A stretch of 64,000 nt of DNA from Mobula hypostoma (lineage: Eukaryota), in contig NC_086119.1 in the NCBI RefSeq assembly GCF_963921235.1, positions 16,182,001 to 16,246,000 on the forward strand, given 5' to 3'. How positions within the stretch are numbered: the first letter of the stretch is position 1; the number at the start of each line of letters is the position of its first letter. The translations under genes and the position numbers were made by a program. Below, in pieces: positions 36,251-48,610 of the stretch. Under the pieces are notes generated by a model that was not told the origin of the DNA, ran no database searches, and saw only the letters and a program-made list of their open reading frames with translations.

Positions 36251-37019
36251 TGTATTTTGTGTCAAAACTATTTGAGTCGCAAGCTGTCTGTGTTTGGTAG
36301 GTTTGATGGTGGGTAGGCCTGAAGCCACATAAAGACCCCATTCCAGTCTGAGGCGTGTGTGTGTGTCTGTGATGTTGTAAACATCGCACCTAGTTCATAT
36401 TCAAAATCATATTAAAGTCGGCAGTGTGGGAGCTGGAGTTCTTCATTCTTATTACAGACTAGGTTACCACTGGGACGTGTTTATTTTTATTTATTAAGAG
36501 ATCTGGCACATTAACAGGCCTTTCTGGGCCAACAAGCCCACACCAGCCAATTACACCTGTGTGGCTAATTAACCTAGTAACCCAGTAACCCGTAGGTCTT
36601 AGAAATGTGGGAGGAATCCAGAACACCCAGAGGAAAACCACAGTCATGGGGAGTACAAACTCCTTACAGGCAGCGGCGGGAATTGAACCTGTGTCGCCAG
36701 CGCTGTAACAGCATTATGCTACCATGCCACGCTTACGGATAACAAATGCCAGGCTTTTGCCAGTTCCCATCCAAATGGATCAATGTGACAGATAACTTTT
36801 GAAATGGATAAAAGTTCCCTTTCCAAATCAACCAAAAAAACCCCAGCTTTGCTAACATTGCTCTGACATCCTCTGCCCAAAACCTTGGAGATATTTTAAT
36901 CTCCCACATACCAAGGGTCCAGGTATTGGGTTTGCTGACCACAAAGGTTCTGAACTCAAAGATCTTAAGCCATACCAGATCTAAGTAGTCACAAATACTC
37001 ACACTGAATGGAGATTTTA

Positions 37020-37424
37020 CTGTAACTTCCCAATCTTCAAAACTAGTTTACTTACTGCTTCTTACACCTCTGGTGTTTAGGGCAGCAATGAAGGTCCTCC
37101 AGCTCTGGGGGTGTTCATCATGTCAGTAGTTTCCTCTCAGTTTTCACTACTGTCAGTCATGCAACTCCTAGGTGGAGACTCAGGAATACTGTCGCACTCA
37201 GATGTAGAGGGATTCTTCATTGCTGTTTCCATAACAATTTTGTTGAACCTGGAGGACAGGTCGATGACTCTTCATTTGACCTCGACCCTTTGACCTGTTT
37301 GGTATGGGGTGACCCTGTCAAAAGCAAAAGTGTAAAGCCCTGACTCCAGCCAACATAGCTCTCCAAGTCATTGAGGCTTGCAAGCCTCTAAACAACCACG
37401 ACAAGGTTGTGGTTCCTCTTGGAG
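37020..37424 (-). mobile_element. RTE-clade 5'UTR-like repeat fragment
   Basis: minus strand accacaaccttgtcgtgg..gcctcaatgac..agctatgtt..gggtcacc..caaacaggtc resembles fish RTE/Rex3 5' ends (recalled, not searched). Confidence 0.4.
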
Positions 37425-37550
37425 TTTACTTTCCCGTTTCTTCTCCACAGCGAGCTGAGCTGCCAGTGCTCACTGTTTGAGTAGTGGGTCCCTCCTCCCT
37501 ACCAAGGAGGAGATACTTCCAACTAGCAAAGTAGTTTACAACACAGGTCA

Positions 37551-37556
37551 TTTATT
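37551..37556 (-). terminator. Candidate polyadenylation signal for the minus-strand gene
   Basis: tttatt (AATAAA on the minus strand) in an AT-rich unique block; link to the tapasin-like gene is inferred. Confidence 0.3.
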
Positions 37557-37704
37557 TACACTGATATATGTTTGAATCCACATATTCTTAAAGGATATTT
37601 AAAACTCACAGAGGATTTATATCTTAAATGGTTATTTCCCAACACCAAAACATTTCTTAAAAAGGATTTACAATACACAGGTACAATTCCTATAAGCTAA
37701 AAAG

Positions 37705-39935
37705 ACATAACATATAACCATGTAACAATTACAGCATGGAAACAGGCCATCTCGGCCCTTCTAGTCCATGCCGAACTCTTACCCTATCCTAGTCCCACTA
37801 ACCTGCACACAGCCCATAACCCTCCATTCCTTTCCTGTCCTTATATCTATCCAATTTAACTTTAAACAACAACATAGAACCTGCCTCAACCACTTCTGCT
37901 GGAAACTCGTTCCACACAGCTACCACTCTCTGAGTAAAGAAGTTCCCCCTCATGTTACCTCTAAATTTCTGTCCTCTAATTCTCAACCCATGTCCTCTTG
38001 TTTGAATCTTCCCCACTCTCAATGGAAAAAGTCTAACCACGTCAACTCTATCAATCCCCCTCATAATTTTAAACACCTCTATCAAGTCCCCCCTCAACCT
38101 TCTACGCTCCAAAGAATAAAGCCCTAACTTGCTCAACCTTTCTCTGTAACTTAGGAGATGAAACCCAGGCAACATTTTAGTAAACCTCCTCTGTACTCTC
38201 TCAATTTTATTGACATCTTTCCTATAATTCAGTGACCAGAACTGAACACAATACTCCAGATTTGGCCTTAACAATGCCTTATACAAATTCAACATTACAT
38301 CCCAACTCCTATACTCAATGCTCTGATTAATAAAGGCCAGCAAATCAAAGCTTTCTTCACCACTCTAGCCACATGGGATTCCATCTTCAGGAAACTATGC
38401 ACCATTATTCCTAGATCCCTCTGTTCTAAAGCATTCTTTAATGCCCTACCATTTACCATGTATGTCCTATTTTGATTAGTCCTACCAAAATGTAGCACCT
38501 CATATTTTTCAGCATTAAACTCCATCTGCCATCTTTCAGCCCACTCTTCTAACTGTCATCATCCACAACACCACCTATCTTAGTATCATCTGCATACTTA
38601 CTAATCCAATTTACCACCCCATCATCCAGTAATATATATTACAAACAACATTGGACCCAGTACAGATCCCTGAGGCACACCGCTACACACTGTCCTCCAA
38701 TCTGACACACAGTTATCCACCACCACTCTCTGGCGTCTTCCATCTAGCCACTGCTGAATCCATTTTACTACTTCGATATTAATGCCTAACAATTGAACCT
38801 TCCTAACTAATCTTCCGTGTGGAACCTTGTCAAAGGCCTTACTGAAGTCCATATAGACAACATCCACCGCTTTACCCTCGTCAACTTTCTTAGTAACCTC
38901 ATCAAAAAATTCAATAAGATTTGGCAAAAATGACCTTCCACGCACAAATCCATGTTGACTGTTCCTAATCAGACCCTGTCTATCCAGAAAATTATATATA
39001 CCATCTCTAAGAATACTTTCCATCAATTTACCCACCACTGACGTCAAACTCACAGGCCGATAATTGCCAGGTTTACTCTTAGAACCCTTTTTAAACAATA
39101 GAACCACATGACCAATACGCCAATCCTCCGGCACCATTCCCGTTTCTCATGACATTTGAAATATTTCTGTCAGAGCCCCTGCTATTTCTACACTAACTTC
39201 CCTCAAAGTCCTAGGGAATATCTTGTCCGGACCCAGAGACTTATCCACTTTTACATTCCCTGAAAGTGCCAGTACTTCCTCTTCTTTAATTGTCATACTT
39301 TCCATAACTACCCTACTTGTTTCCTTTACCTTACACAATTCAATATCCTTCTCCTTAGTGAATACCGAAGAAAAGAAATTGTTCAAAATCTCCCCCATCT
39401 CTTTTGGCTTCGGACATAGCCGTCCACTCTGATTCTCCAAGGGACCAATTTTATCCCTCACTATCCTTTTGCCACTAACATAACTGTAGAAACCCTTTGG
39501 ATTTATTTTCACTTCACTTGCCAAAGCAGCCTCGTATCTTCTTTTAGCTTTTCTAATTTCTTTCTTAAGATTCTTTTTACATTCTTTATATTCCTCGAGT
39601 ACCTCTAACTCCAAGCTGCCTATATTTATTGAAGATCTCTCTCTTTTTCTGAACTAAGTTTCTAATATCTCTTGAAAAAATCCCTCAAAATTTCACCTTT
39701 AAATGTCCTCCATTTCTCTGTTACATCCTTCCCATAAAACAAATTTTCCCAATCCACTCCTTCAAAATCCTTTCGCATCTCCTAAAAGTTAGCCTTTCTC
39801 CGATCAAAAATCTCAATCCTAGGTCCAGTCCTATCCTTCTCCATAATTACACTGAAACTAATTGTATTGTAATCACTGGACCCGAAGTGCTCCCCAACAA
39901 ATACCTCCATCACCTGCCCTGTCTCATTCCCTAAC
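37705..39935 (-). mobile_element. Young 5'-truncated CR1 LINE (2.2 kb ORF2 remnant with frameshifts)
   Basis: VPEDWR..NYRPVSLTSVVGK..QHGF..DFSKAFDKVPH..SGVPQGSVLGP, plus the C-terminal motifs. Confidence 0.93.
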
Positions 39936-41001
39936 ATGATGTGGACAAGCAAGTCGTCCGTCGCAGAAACTGAAGCTAGAGAAATGGATCCTATTCACCC
40001 ATTTTTCTTGATGTTTTTCACCCACTCCTAATAAACTTGAACTGCTCTTTACCTTTTTCTATCACTGGGGTGACTTCACACACGTGATATTTCCTCAGAA
40101 GCCCTTTCAACACAAGTGGTCTAAAAGCATTTTGGAAACAGTTCTTCAGCTACCTACCCTCAATGCTGTAAAGTTAACTTCCTTGAGCACATAAAACCTC
40201 CCAACTGTAAACATCATAGTTATTGATATGTAAATAATATCCATCTGTTCTGCAAACTTCCTTGAACCAAGCAACTTAAGAATCAGCTTCTCTACTTGAA
40301 ACAACCCGAATTAAACAACCCATTGTCTTATACCGTATCTGGAACAGCAAGTAAAGCAGGTGTAGTGAGATAAACCTTGCTTCTCCCAAACAGTACGTCA
40401 ACCACCCACAAAGCTTGTTTGCAATGCCGGTCTTTAGACAATACTTGCCTTAACCTCAAGCTGATACGTGCTTTCCATTTACATTTCAAGAACTGAAGAT
40501 CGACTTCCCTTTACAAGCAGAAGCAAAACAACTGCTAGATGTAAGTTTACATACATCTGTTTGTGATCTGACAACTGGCAGAAGCTGTGTTTAGAAAGTA
40601 GGATTGGTGAACAACCAAGAAAGAGAAAGAGGCCGACTGGCCAAGAAATTAATACCCATCACACAGGAATAAGGAAGGAACTCTCTCCCTCCGTTCACAG
40701 GTTCAATGCATACTTAGAGACACTGAGGTTTTTGTGAAGTCACTGTTAAAACGTGACAGCCTCCTACAGACACGCATTGCTGAAATGATTAAAAACTATT
40801 TGTTTTATTTTGTTGGTGCTGGATGGGGGAGAAATGGGGGGATACTGCACCACTGGCACCTGCATTCCCCAGTGCTGTCCCAGAGTACCAGCTGAACCTG
40901 TCAAGCTTATGGTGTTCAAGCACGGCGAGGTACTAATATGATGAACAACTTCCTTCCAGTGGCACCACAGGCATGTAGGTATGGACAACAGATGGAATAT
41001 G

Positions 41002-41626
41002 CACTCAGTGCCCACCTCCTCTACCTAATAAAGTGGCCACTGAGTGCACGGTCATGGTCTTCTGCAGCTGTAGCCCATCCACTCCAAGGTTCAGTGGGTT
41101 GTGCAATCAGAGATGTTCTTCTGCACACCACTGTTGTAACACATGATTGTTTGAGTTACTGTTGCCTTCCGGTCAGCTTGAACGAGTCTGGCCACTCTCT
41201 GCTGACCTCTCTCATTAACAAACACAAGAAAATCTGCAGATTTTCAAAGCAATATGATGAAACATCAACTGTTTACACTTTTCCATAATGCTGCCCGGCC
41301 TGCTGAGTTCCTCTAGCATTTGTTTTTATCCACAGCACTGCCGCTCACTGGATGTTTTGTTTTTTGCACCATTCTCTGTAAACTCTAGAGACTTGATCGT
41401 GAAAATTCCAGGAGAGCAGCAGCCTTTGAAATAGTCAAACCACCCCCTCTGGCACCAAGAGTAACTTCACAGTCAAAAGTCACTTATATCACATTCCTTC
41501 CCCATCCTGATGTTTGGTCTGAACAACAACTGAACCTCTTGACCATGTCTGCATGCTTTTATGCATTGAGTTGCTGCCACATTAACGAGCAGATGCACGT
41601 GTACCTAACAAAGTAGCCATTGAGTG
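41002..41626 (-). mobile_element. Non-autonomous Tc1-derived element containing a PLE remnant (~41217-41325)
   Basis: cactcagtgccc..aataaagtggccactgagtg at left, aaagtagccattgagtg|ta at right. Confidence 0.75.
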
Positions 41627-41906
41627 TAAATTATACAAGGTACTGAAGAGGCAGAAAAAAACTGTCAATACTCATGCTATTTTAAAAGGGGATATGGATG
41701 GTTGATTGAAAATTAAATAACACAGAGTCATTCCATTTGCTTTTTAATTGTCCATTTTAATTCCCTATGTAAACTTGAGTCTCAGTACCACTACAATCAT
41801 TTCAGTGAAAACAATACAGAACTATGGGGCTACACATAACTCATGACACTAACAAGTTCAGTAAAACAAATTGCTAACCCAAGCCATCCATGCACGTAGA
41901 GTGGTA

Positions 41907-43312
41907 CAGTGATGCTAGAAAGTTTGTGAACCCTATAGATTTTTATCTACTTCTGCATAAATATGACCTAAAGTGTGATCAGATCTTCACACAAGTCCTA
42001 AAACCAGATAAAGGGAGCCCAATTAAATTAAGTAACACAAAAACATTATAGTTGTGCATTTATTTATTGAGAAAATGATCCAATGCTACATGTATTTGTT
42101 GCTGAACCTCTGGGGTAATGCTTTCTACAAAGCTATTTGGAGTCAGGTGTTCCAATCAATGAGATGAGATTGGAGGTGTGGGTTGTAGAGGAGCCCTGCT
42201 CTATAAAAAAGACACAAAGTCAGGCTGCTGACAGAGTCTGCTCTTCTCAAGAAAGACCTGTTTATGTCCACTATGCCTCAAACAAAACAACTTTCAGAGG
42301 ACCTTAGAAGAATTGTAGGGATGCATGAAGCTGGAAAAGGCTACAAAAACATTTCTAAAGACTTAAGTGTTCATCAGTCCACAGTAAGAGAAACTGTCTA
42401 CAAATGGAGGAAATTCAATACTGTTGCTACTCTCCCGAGGAGTGGGCATCTGGCAAAGATCACACCAAGAGCACAACGTGTAATACTGAAGGAGGTGAAA
42501 AACCACCCGAGGCTAACAGCAAAAGATCTGCAGAAATCTCTAGAACTTGTTAAAGTCTCAATTCAATGTGTTCACTATAAGAAAAACACTAAACAAGAAT
42601 AGTAAAACGCAAACACGAGGAAATCTGCAGATGCTGGAATTTCAAGCAACACACATAAAAGTTGCTGGTGAACGCAGCAGGCCAGGCAGCATCTCTAGGA
42701 AGAGGTAGGTACAGTCGATGTTTCGGGCCGAGACCCTTCGTCAGGACTAACTGAAAGAAGAGTTAGTCCTGACAAAGGGTCACAGCCCGAAACATCGACT
42801 GTACCTCTTCCTAGAGATGCTGCCTGGCCTGCTGCATTCACCAGCAACTTTTATGTGTGTTGCTTGAAATTCCAGCATCTGCAGATTTCCTCATGTTAAC
42901 AGAATGGAATTCGTGTTTTGGAATGGCCGAGTGAAAGTACTGACCTTAATCCTATAAAATGTTGTGGAAGGTCCAGAAGCAAGCAATTCATGCAAGGAAG
43001 CTCACCAACATCCCAGAGCTGAAGCAGTTTTGCAAGGAAGAATGGCCTAAACTTCCTCCAAGCTGATGTGCAGGACTGATCCAACAGTTAACAGAAACGT
43101 TTGATTGAAGTTATTGCTGCATCAGTTACTGAAGGCAAAAGTTCACATACTTTTTCCAATACATGTAATATTGGTTCATTTTTCTCCATAAATAAATAAC
43201 AGGTATAATTTTTTTTGTGTTATTTAGTTTTAGGACTTGCGTGAAGATCTGATCACATCTATGCAGAAATAGAGAAAATTATACAGGGTTCACAAACTTT
43301 CTAGCACCACTG
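41907..43312 (+). mobile_element. Tc1/mariner transposon with ~200-bp TIRs, internally deleted
   Basis: TA|cagtgatgctagaaagtttgtgaaccct ... agggttcacaaactttctagcaccactg|TA; paired-like HTH ORF 42264-42602 and C-terminal RVLEWPS..DLNPI remnant. Confidence 0.93.
42604..42896. mobile_element. Palindromic Penelope-derived element at the Tc1 deletion junction
   Basis: near-perfect ~140-bp inverted arms with hammerhead-like cores on both strands. Confidence 0.85.
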
Positions 43313-43729
43313 TAGCTGACTCTCTTTATTAGATGAGCTCTCTCAATAAAATGAGCTATGCTTGTGTCACTGAGTCATGAACAGGTGCACTTAGTGTTAA
43401 AATTTGTTGCACGTATGCATTTCCAACATCTACACAACAGCAGTTACATGGCCAAGCCCGTCCCCTAGTGGTGGCTTGCTGTTCTCCAAATGGATGCTTG
43501 ACAGGATGAGTCAATAAAGACTGCACATTAAGTACAACTGCCGACTAGAAGGAAGGCGATTGGCTAATCCTCCTGTCACTCAACACTAGTGACCATTCTG
43601 CTGACACTAACGGAGACTGATTTAATAACCATAACAGTTAAATTTTTCACCACACTTACTGGGAGAAATTTTAGTTCCTGCTTATTCTGCTCCTTATTTC
43701 TGCTCTAGGAGTAAATTGACTCTTTTGTT

Positions 43730-44200
43730 AATAAGGCCATAAGACACAGGAGCAAAATTAGGCCATTTGGCCCATCGAGTCTGTTCTGCCATCCGATCAT
43801 GGTTCATTTATTGTCCCTCTCAACCTTCTCCCCATAACCTTTAAGAATCAAGAATCTGTCTCCCATAACCATACTAATCAAGAATCCATCAACCTCCACT
43901 TAAAATATACCCAATGACTAGGCCTCCACAGCTGTATGTGGCAATGAATTACACAGATTAATATGCTCTGGGTAAAGAACTTTCTCTTCATCTTTGCTCT
44001 AAAGGGATTTCCTTGTAATCTGAGACTGTGCCCTTTGGTCCTAGACTGCCTCACTATAGGAAACATCCTCTCCACATCCACTCTATCTAGACCTTTCAAT
44101 CTACAATAGGTTTCAATGAGATTTACCCACACCCCTACCCCCCATTATTCTAAACCTCAACGAGTACAGGTCTAGGCCATCTAATAATCCTCACCCTTCT
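43730..44200 (-). mobile_element. CR1 LINE 3' fragment
   Basis: LIETYCRLKGLDRVDVERMFP..SRTKGHSLR. Confidence 0.8.
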
Positions 44201-45094
44201 CACCCTTTCATTCCCGGAATAATTATTATAAACCTTCTCCAAATAATCTAAATAATGAAATCAGCTAATAATCACAAACACCTGACTGTCCAGCCTGCTC
44301 AGCGGATGGCGCAGCATAACCAATAAATATTTTAATACACCGGCCTATCCTGAGTGGCCAGGGTTCTCAAACTCAAAGCAAAAGGAATCAGATCGTAACA
44401 AGCTTGGAGGGGGCAATAGTCCTCATCCATCTGCTAATGACACAAGTTGTGTGGTAAATAGTGGCCAGAACACTCAAAAAAAAAAGAAAAAAAAAACATG
44501 CAGATGCTGCAAACCTGGAATAAAAACAGAAAATATTGGTAATATTCAGCTGGTCAGTCAGTATCTGTGGAGAGTAACAAAGTCCATTGATCCACAATGT
44601 ACCAATATTAAAGCCCTAGCGATAACCAATTGGGGTTCACTTCCCACCACTGTCAGATTTTGTAGGTTTCCTTTGGATGCTCCAGTTCCCTCCCACATTC
44701 CAAAGACGTATGGTTAGGGTTAGAGTATTGTGGGCATGCTGTGTTGGCAACAGAAACATGGCCACACTTGCAGGTTGCCTAGCACAACCCCAGAACGCAC
44801 AGAGTCAAATCCTCACTCGATTTGACACAAACACTTTGCACTGTAAGTTTTGATACATGTGACAAATAAAGTTAATCATTTTTTAAATCTAATCTCCAGC
44901 AGTAATTATATTGATCAATAGAGGAGCAGGCTGGAGGGAAGTGGTGTCCCACCCCCGAACCTGTCTTGTTATGTACTGTGTTTCTCTCCATACATCCTCC
45001 CTGACCTGCTGATTATTTGCAGGACTTTGTTTTGTTGTAGGCACCGCCAGTTATAGCCTAACTCCTCTTCAAAACAATACCGATCTATTTTCCA

Positions 45095-45245
45095 GGCAAG
45101 GCCTCAGTTTAAAGTTCAGGATGGAAGACAGTTCCCTGACAGTGCTGCACTCCACCAGCACAGCGTTGAGCTACCTCCCTGGAGTTTTGTGCTCAAGTCT
45201 CTGGACTGGAACTCACAGCCCACTGTCATGGAGGCAGGAGTCTTT
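45095..45245 (-). mobile_element. DeuSINE-like 5' fragment
   Basis: ccagagacttgagcacaaaa..gtgcagcactgtc..ttaaactgaggcc on the minus strand. Confidence 0.5.
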
Positions 45246-45559
45246 CTCAGTGAGCCACGGCCAATACGTTTCCAGGAGGAAGTTCCCGATTTCCTCATTA
45301 GTAAATCAAAGTCACGCAGCCTCAATGCCAACTGCAGATTCATTTAACCTGAGTGACCCTTGGAGAAAGCAGTGTCCCACGGGCTCAGCTTTGAGAATGG
45401 GAGGAGGATTTAAAAGGGACAGAATGGCAAAGCAACAGGTTTCACCTCATCTTAGTCCAGGTATTGCAGCCACCTTAGGCAGGATGACGAGCTCCACCCA
45501 CAGCAAGGAAAGTATTAGAAGTTGGTAATATAGACCTCACTTACCCGCTGCAATTAACC

Positions 45560-46160
45560 AAGGCTGCAACCAGTCTAATCTCTGCCACCTCCAGCACCAG
45601 GCCAAGTGCTTTCTCCCTCCCACTGGGTCCCAGGACTCTCAGCATCCCATCTACCCCTCATTCCCCAACTCATTCCTCTGAGACCCCATCTTCCTCCCAC
45701 CCCTTTGCCTGAACACTCAAACATTCCCTTCTTCTCTGACCCCTCCAACTCTCTACCTTCGCCCGGCCCTACCTCTTATCCCTGCTGTCTTCACCATTCC
45801 CGCCATCCTTCCCCTCTCTGAGGCGGAATGTTCGGTCCTCCGCAAGCGCCTTACCTTTGTCCCCTTACGACTACCCCTCAGTGAGTTCCGCACCCGCTCT
45901 TCTTCCATCGCCTCCGTCTCCGAGCCACCTGTCTTAGCAAGAGCTCCCCCACCCTGCACCACATTCCCCTTCATCCATCTCCAACCCTCCTCCTCTTCTT
46001 GGACACCCCGCTCCGGTTTACTGCCTACTCTGGATCTTTTCATCACTAGTTGACAATGAGACATCAACCGCTTGACCTCAACACTCCTCCCTCCTGTCTG
46101 AAGCTTACCCCCTCTGAATGCACTGCCCTCCACTCCCAACCTTAGCATCAAACCCACAGA
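45560..46160 (+). mobile_element. Degraded Penelope N-terminal ORF fragment
   Basis: LPLSEAECSVLRKRLTFVPLR..; alignable with the 5' part of the PLE at 13400-13695. Confidence 0.65.
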
Positions 46161-46269
46161 CAGCAGCTCTCAGACACCTCATCTTACAGACCCCTTGAAA
46201 TTAAGATAAATAGCTGACTGATGGTCAAGGCTCACTCGATGGACCATATGGCTCATTTCCTCCCTGTAT

Positions 46270-46570
46270 CTCTCAACAGTTCTCTGACTAAAGCTCCTGC
46301 CTCAAGGTCAGAATGTTGTGGGTTCAAATTCATTCCAAGACCGAGCATGGTCCACAGGGTGAAAGCACCCTGATTATTAGAGCTTGTGCCTTCCAGATGG
46401 AACTTTAAACTGAGGCTCGACTTTCCAGTTCCTGGGACTCAAGTGGATGCCGTATTCCCAATGGGAAGAGGACTGATGAGTGGTTCTGGTGTCCTGGTCA
46501 ACATTCCTCCCCGGGCAAGACAATAATTGGATGATTTGCCTCCTTTGCTCTTTGTAGGTCCCTGCTGTGC
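46270..46570 (+). mobile_element. DeuSINE (SacSINE1/AmnSINE-like) degraded copy
   Basis: tRNA-like head gggttcaaa, then ttaaactgaggc..gaagag..ggtgtcctggtcaacatt Deu-domain motifs (recalled consensus). Confidence 0.55.
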
Positions 46571-46717
46571 ACACTCTCTGCTCTGTTTTAGTCTATAGCC
46601 ATTCGTTTTAAGCAGTTTACTGGCTGCGGAACGCATTAGGTGATTCCAAGAACACAAAGAACCTGTATTAACACAGGTTCCTTCACTCCTTAGCAGCTGC
46701 AGTATTCTTTGAAGTGC

Positions 46718-46732
46718 TCAATATGGTTTCTT
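46718..46732 (-). CDS. TAPBPL: Terminal coding exon KKPY* (dilysine ER-retrieval motif)
   Basis: ctttcttttatctctcctgcag|AAG AAA CCA TAT TGA; gives tail ...YLNKVMVKSKKKPY*. Confidence 0.72.
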   Translation of the reverse strand, partial: KKPY

Positions 46733-46849
46733 CTGCAGGAGAGATAAAAGAAAGATCATTGCACATGACAATAGCCATTATCATATCAGTAATAGAATGC
46801 TTTAAAAGTGTTAAATTATCTTTATATTAACTTCTACTTTGTCAGGACT

Positions 46850-47250
46850 TGAGTTTTATGGAAAGGTTGAATAGGTTGGGACTTTAGGATCTAGAGTGTA
46901 AGGGAATGAGGGGAGATTTGATAGAGGTATACAAAATTATGAGGGGTATGGATAGGGTAAATGCAAGCAGGAGGTTGGGTGAGACTACAACTAGAGGTCA
47001 CGGGTTAAGGGTGAAAGGTGAAATGTTCAAGGGGAACATCTTCACTCTGAGGTTGGTGAGAGTGTGGAACGATCAGGCAGTGGAAGTGGTGGATGTGGGT
47101 TTGATTTCAACATTAAATGAAATTTGGATAGGTACATGGATGGCTGGGCTATGGTTCAGGTGCAGGTCAATGGGAGCAGGCAGATTAATAGTTGCACAGA
47201 CTGAAAGGGCCAACTGGCTTGTTTCTGTGCTGTAGTTTTCTACGACTCTG
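46850..47250 (+). mobile_element. CR1 LINE 3' fragment
   Basis: MRGDLIEVYKIMRGMDRV..TTTRGHGLRV. Confidence 0.8.
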
Positions 47251-47504
47251 TGGCTCTTGGTTTAATTTTATTGGTTCAACACAAGCCAAACTCTAGCCCA
47301 TGTTTCATGTTAGTAAACGAACTAGTTTCACCCTCACGCATCCCTCCCCAGAACAACTGTGAAACACTTACCTGCTCCAAAATCCAAGGAACCCTCCTCA
47401 GTGGGCACACTCAGAGACACACTAACTGATCCAGGTCCTCCTTCACCCGCCAACTACCTTAAACCACCCCCACACCGCCCCAGAACACTAACTTCAAATC
47501 CTCC

Positions 47505-48610
47505 TTGACAACACAAACACCTACGTCAGGATGCTGTTAATCCACTATAGCTCGGCATTTAACACCATCATTCCCACAATCCTGATTGAGAAGTTGCAGA
47601 ACCTGGGCCTCTGTACCTCCCTCTGCAAATGGATCCTCGACTTCCTAATCGGAAGACAATAATCTGTGTGGATAACATATTCTCTTCGCTGATGATCAAC
47701 ACTGGTGCACCTCAGGGGTGTGTGCTTAGCCCACTGCTCTACTCTCTCTATACCCATGACTGTGTGGCTAGGCATAGCTCAAATACCATCTATAAATTTG
47801 CTGATGATACAACCATTGTTGGTAGAATCTCAGGTGGTGACGAGAGGGCGTACAGGAGTGAGACATGCCAACTAGTGGAGTGGTGTCACAGCAACAACCT
47901 GGCACTCAATGTCAGTAAGATCAAAAAGCTGATTGTGGACTTCAGGAAGGGTAAGACGAAGGAACACACACCAATCCTCATAGAAGGCAAAACAATGACT
48001 GTACTTCACTGGGAGTTTGAAGAGATTTGGCATGTCAACAAATACACTCAAAAATTTCTATAGTTGTACTGAGGAGAGCATTCTGACAGGCTGCATCACT
48101 GTCTGGTATGTTGGGGGTGGGGGGGGGGGTAGAACTACTGTACAGGACCGAAAGAAGCTGCAGAGGGTGGTAAATTTAGTCAGCTCCATCTTGGGTAGCA
48201 GCCTACAAAGTACCCAAGACATCTTCAGGGAGCGGTGTCTCAGAAAGGCAGCGTCCATTACTAGGGACCTCCAGCACCCAGGGCATGCCCTTTTCTCACT
48301 GTTACCATCAGGTAGGAGGTACAGAAGCCTGAAGGCACACACTCAGTGATTCAGGAACAGCTTCTTCCCCTCTGCCATCTGATTCCTAAATGGACATTGA
48401 ACCCGTGAACACTACCTCACTGTTTTAATATGTATTATTTCTGGTTTTGCATGATTTTAATCTATTCAATATACATATACTGTAATTGATTTATTTATTT
48501 ATTTACTTACTTACTTACTTCTTCTATATTATGTATTGCATTGAACTGCTGCTAAGTTAACAAATTTCACGTCACATGCCGGTGATAATAAACCTGATTC
48601 TGATTCTGAT
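47505..48610 (+). mobile_element. Rex1/Babar-like LINE 3' fragment
   Basis: [58 protein letters not shown]; aataaac followed by a (CTGATT)n tail. Confidence 0.88.

Larger units (their letters stand above)
32516..36270 (+). other. RAP1GAP2: Probable RAP1GAP2 terminal exon (in phase 0 codes LLGACPSPQM*, 32516-32548) and long 3'UTR
   Basis: strong acceptor ctctttctttcctgcaacag|, then ~3.7 kb of largely repeat-free sequence ending at AATAAA plus a GT-rich tract; no protein similarity supports the short coding part. Confidence 0.4.
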
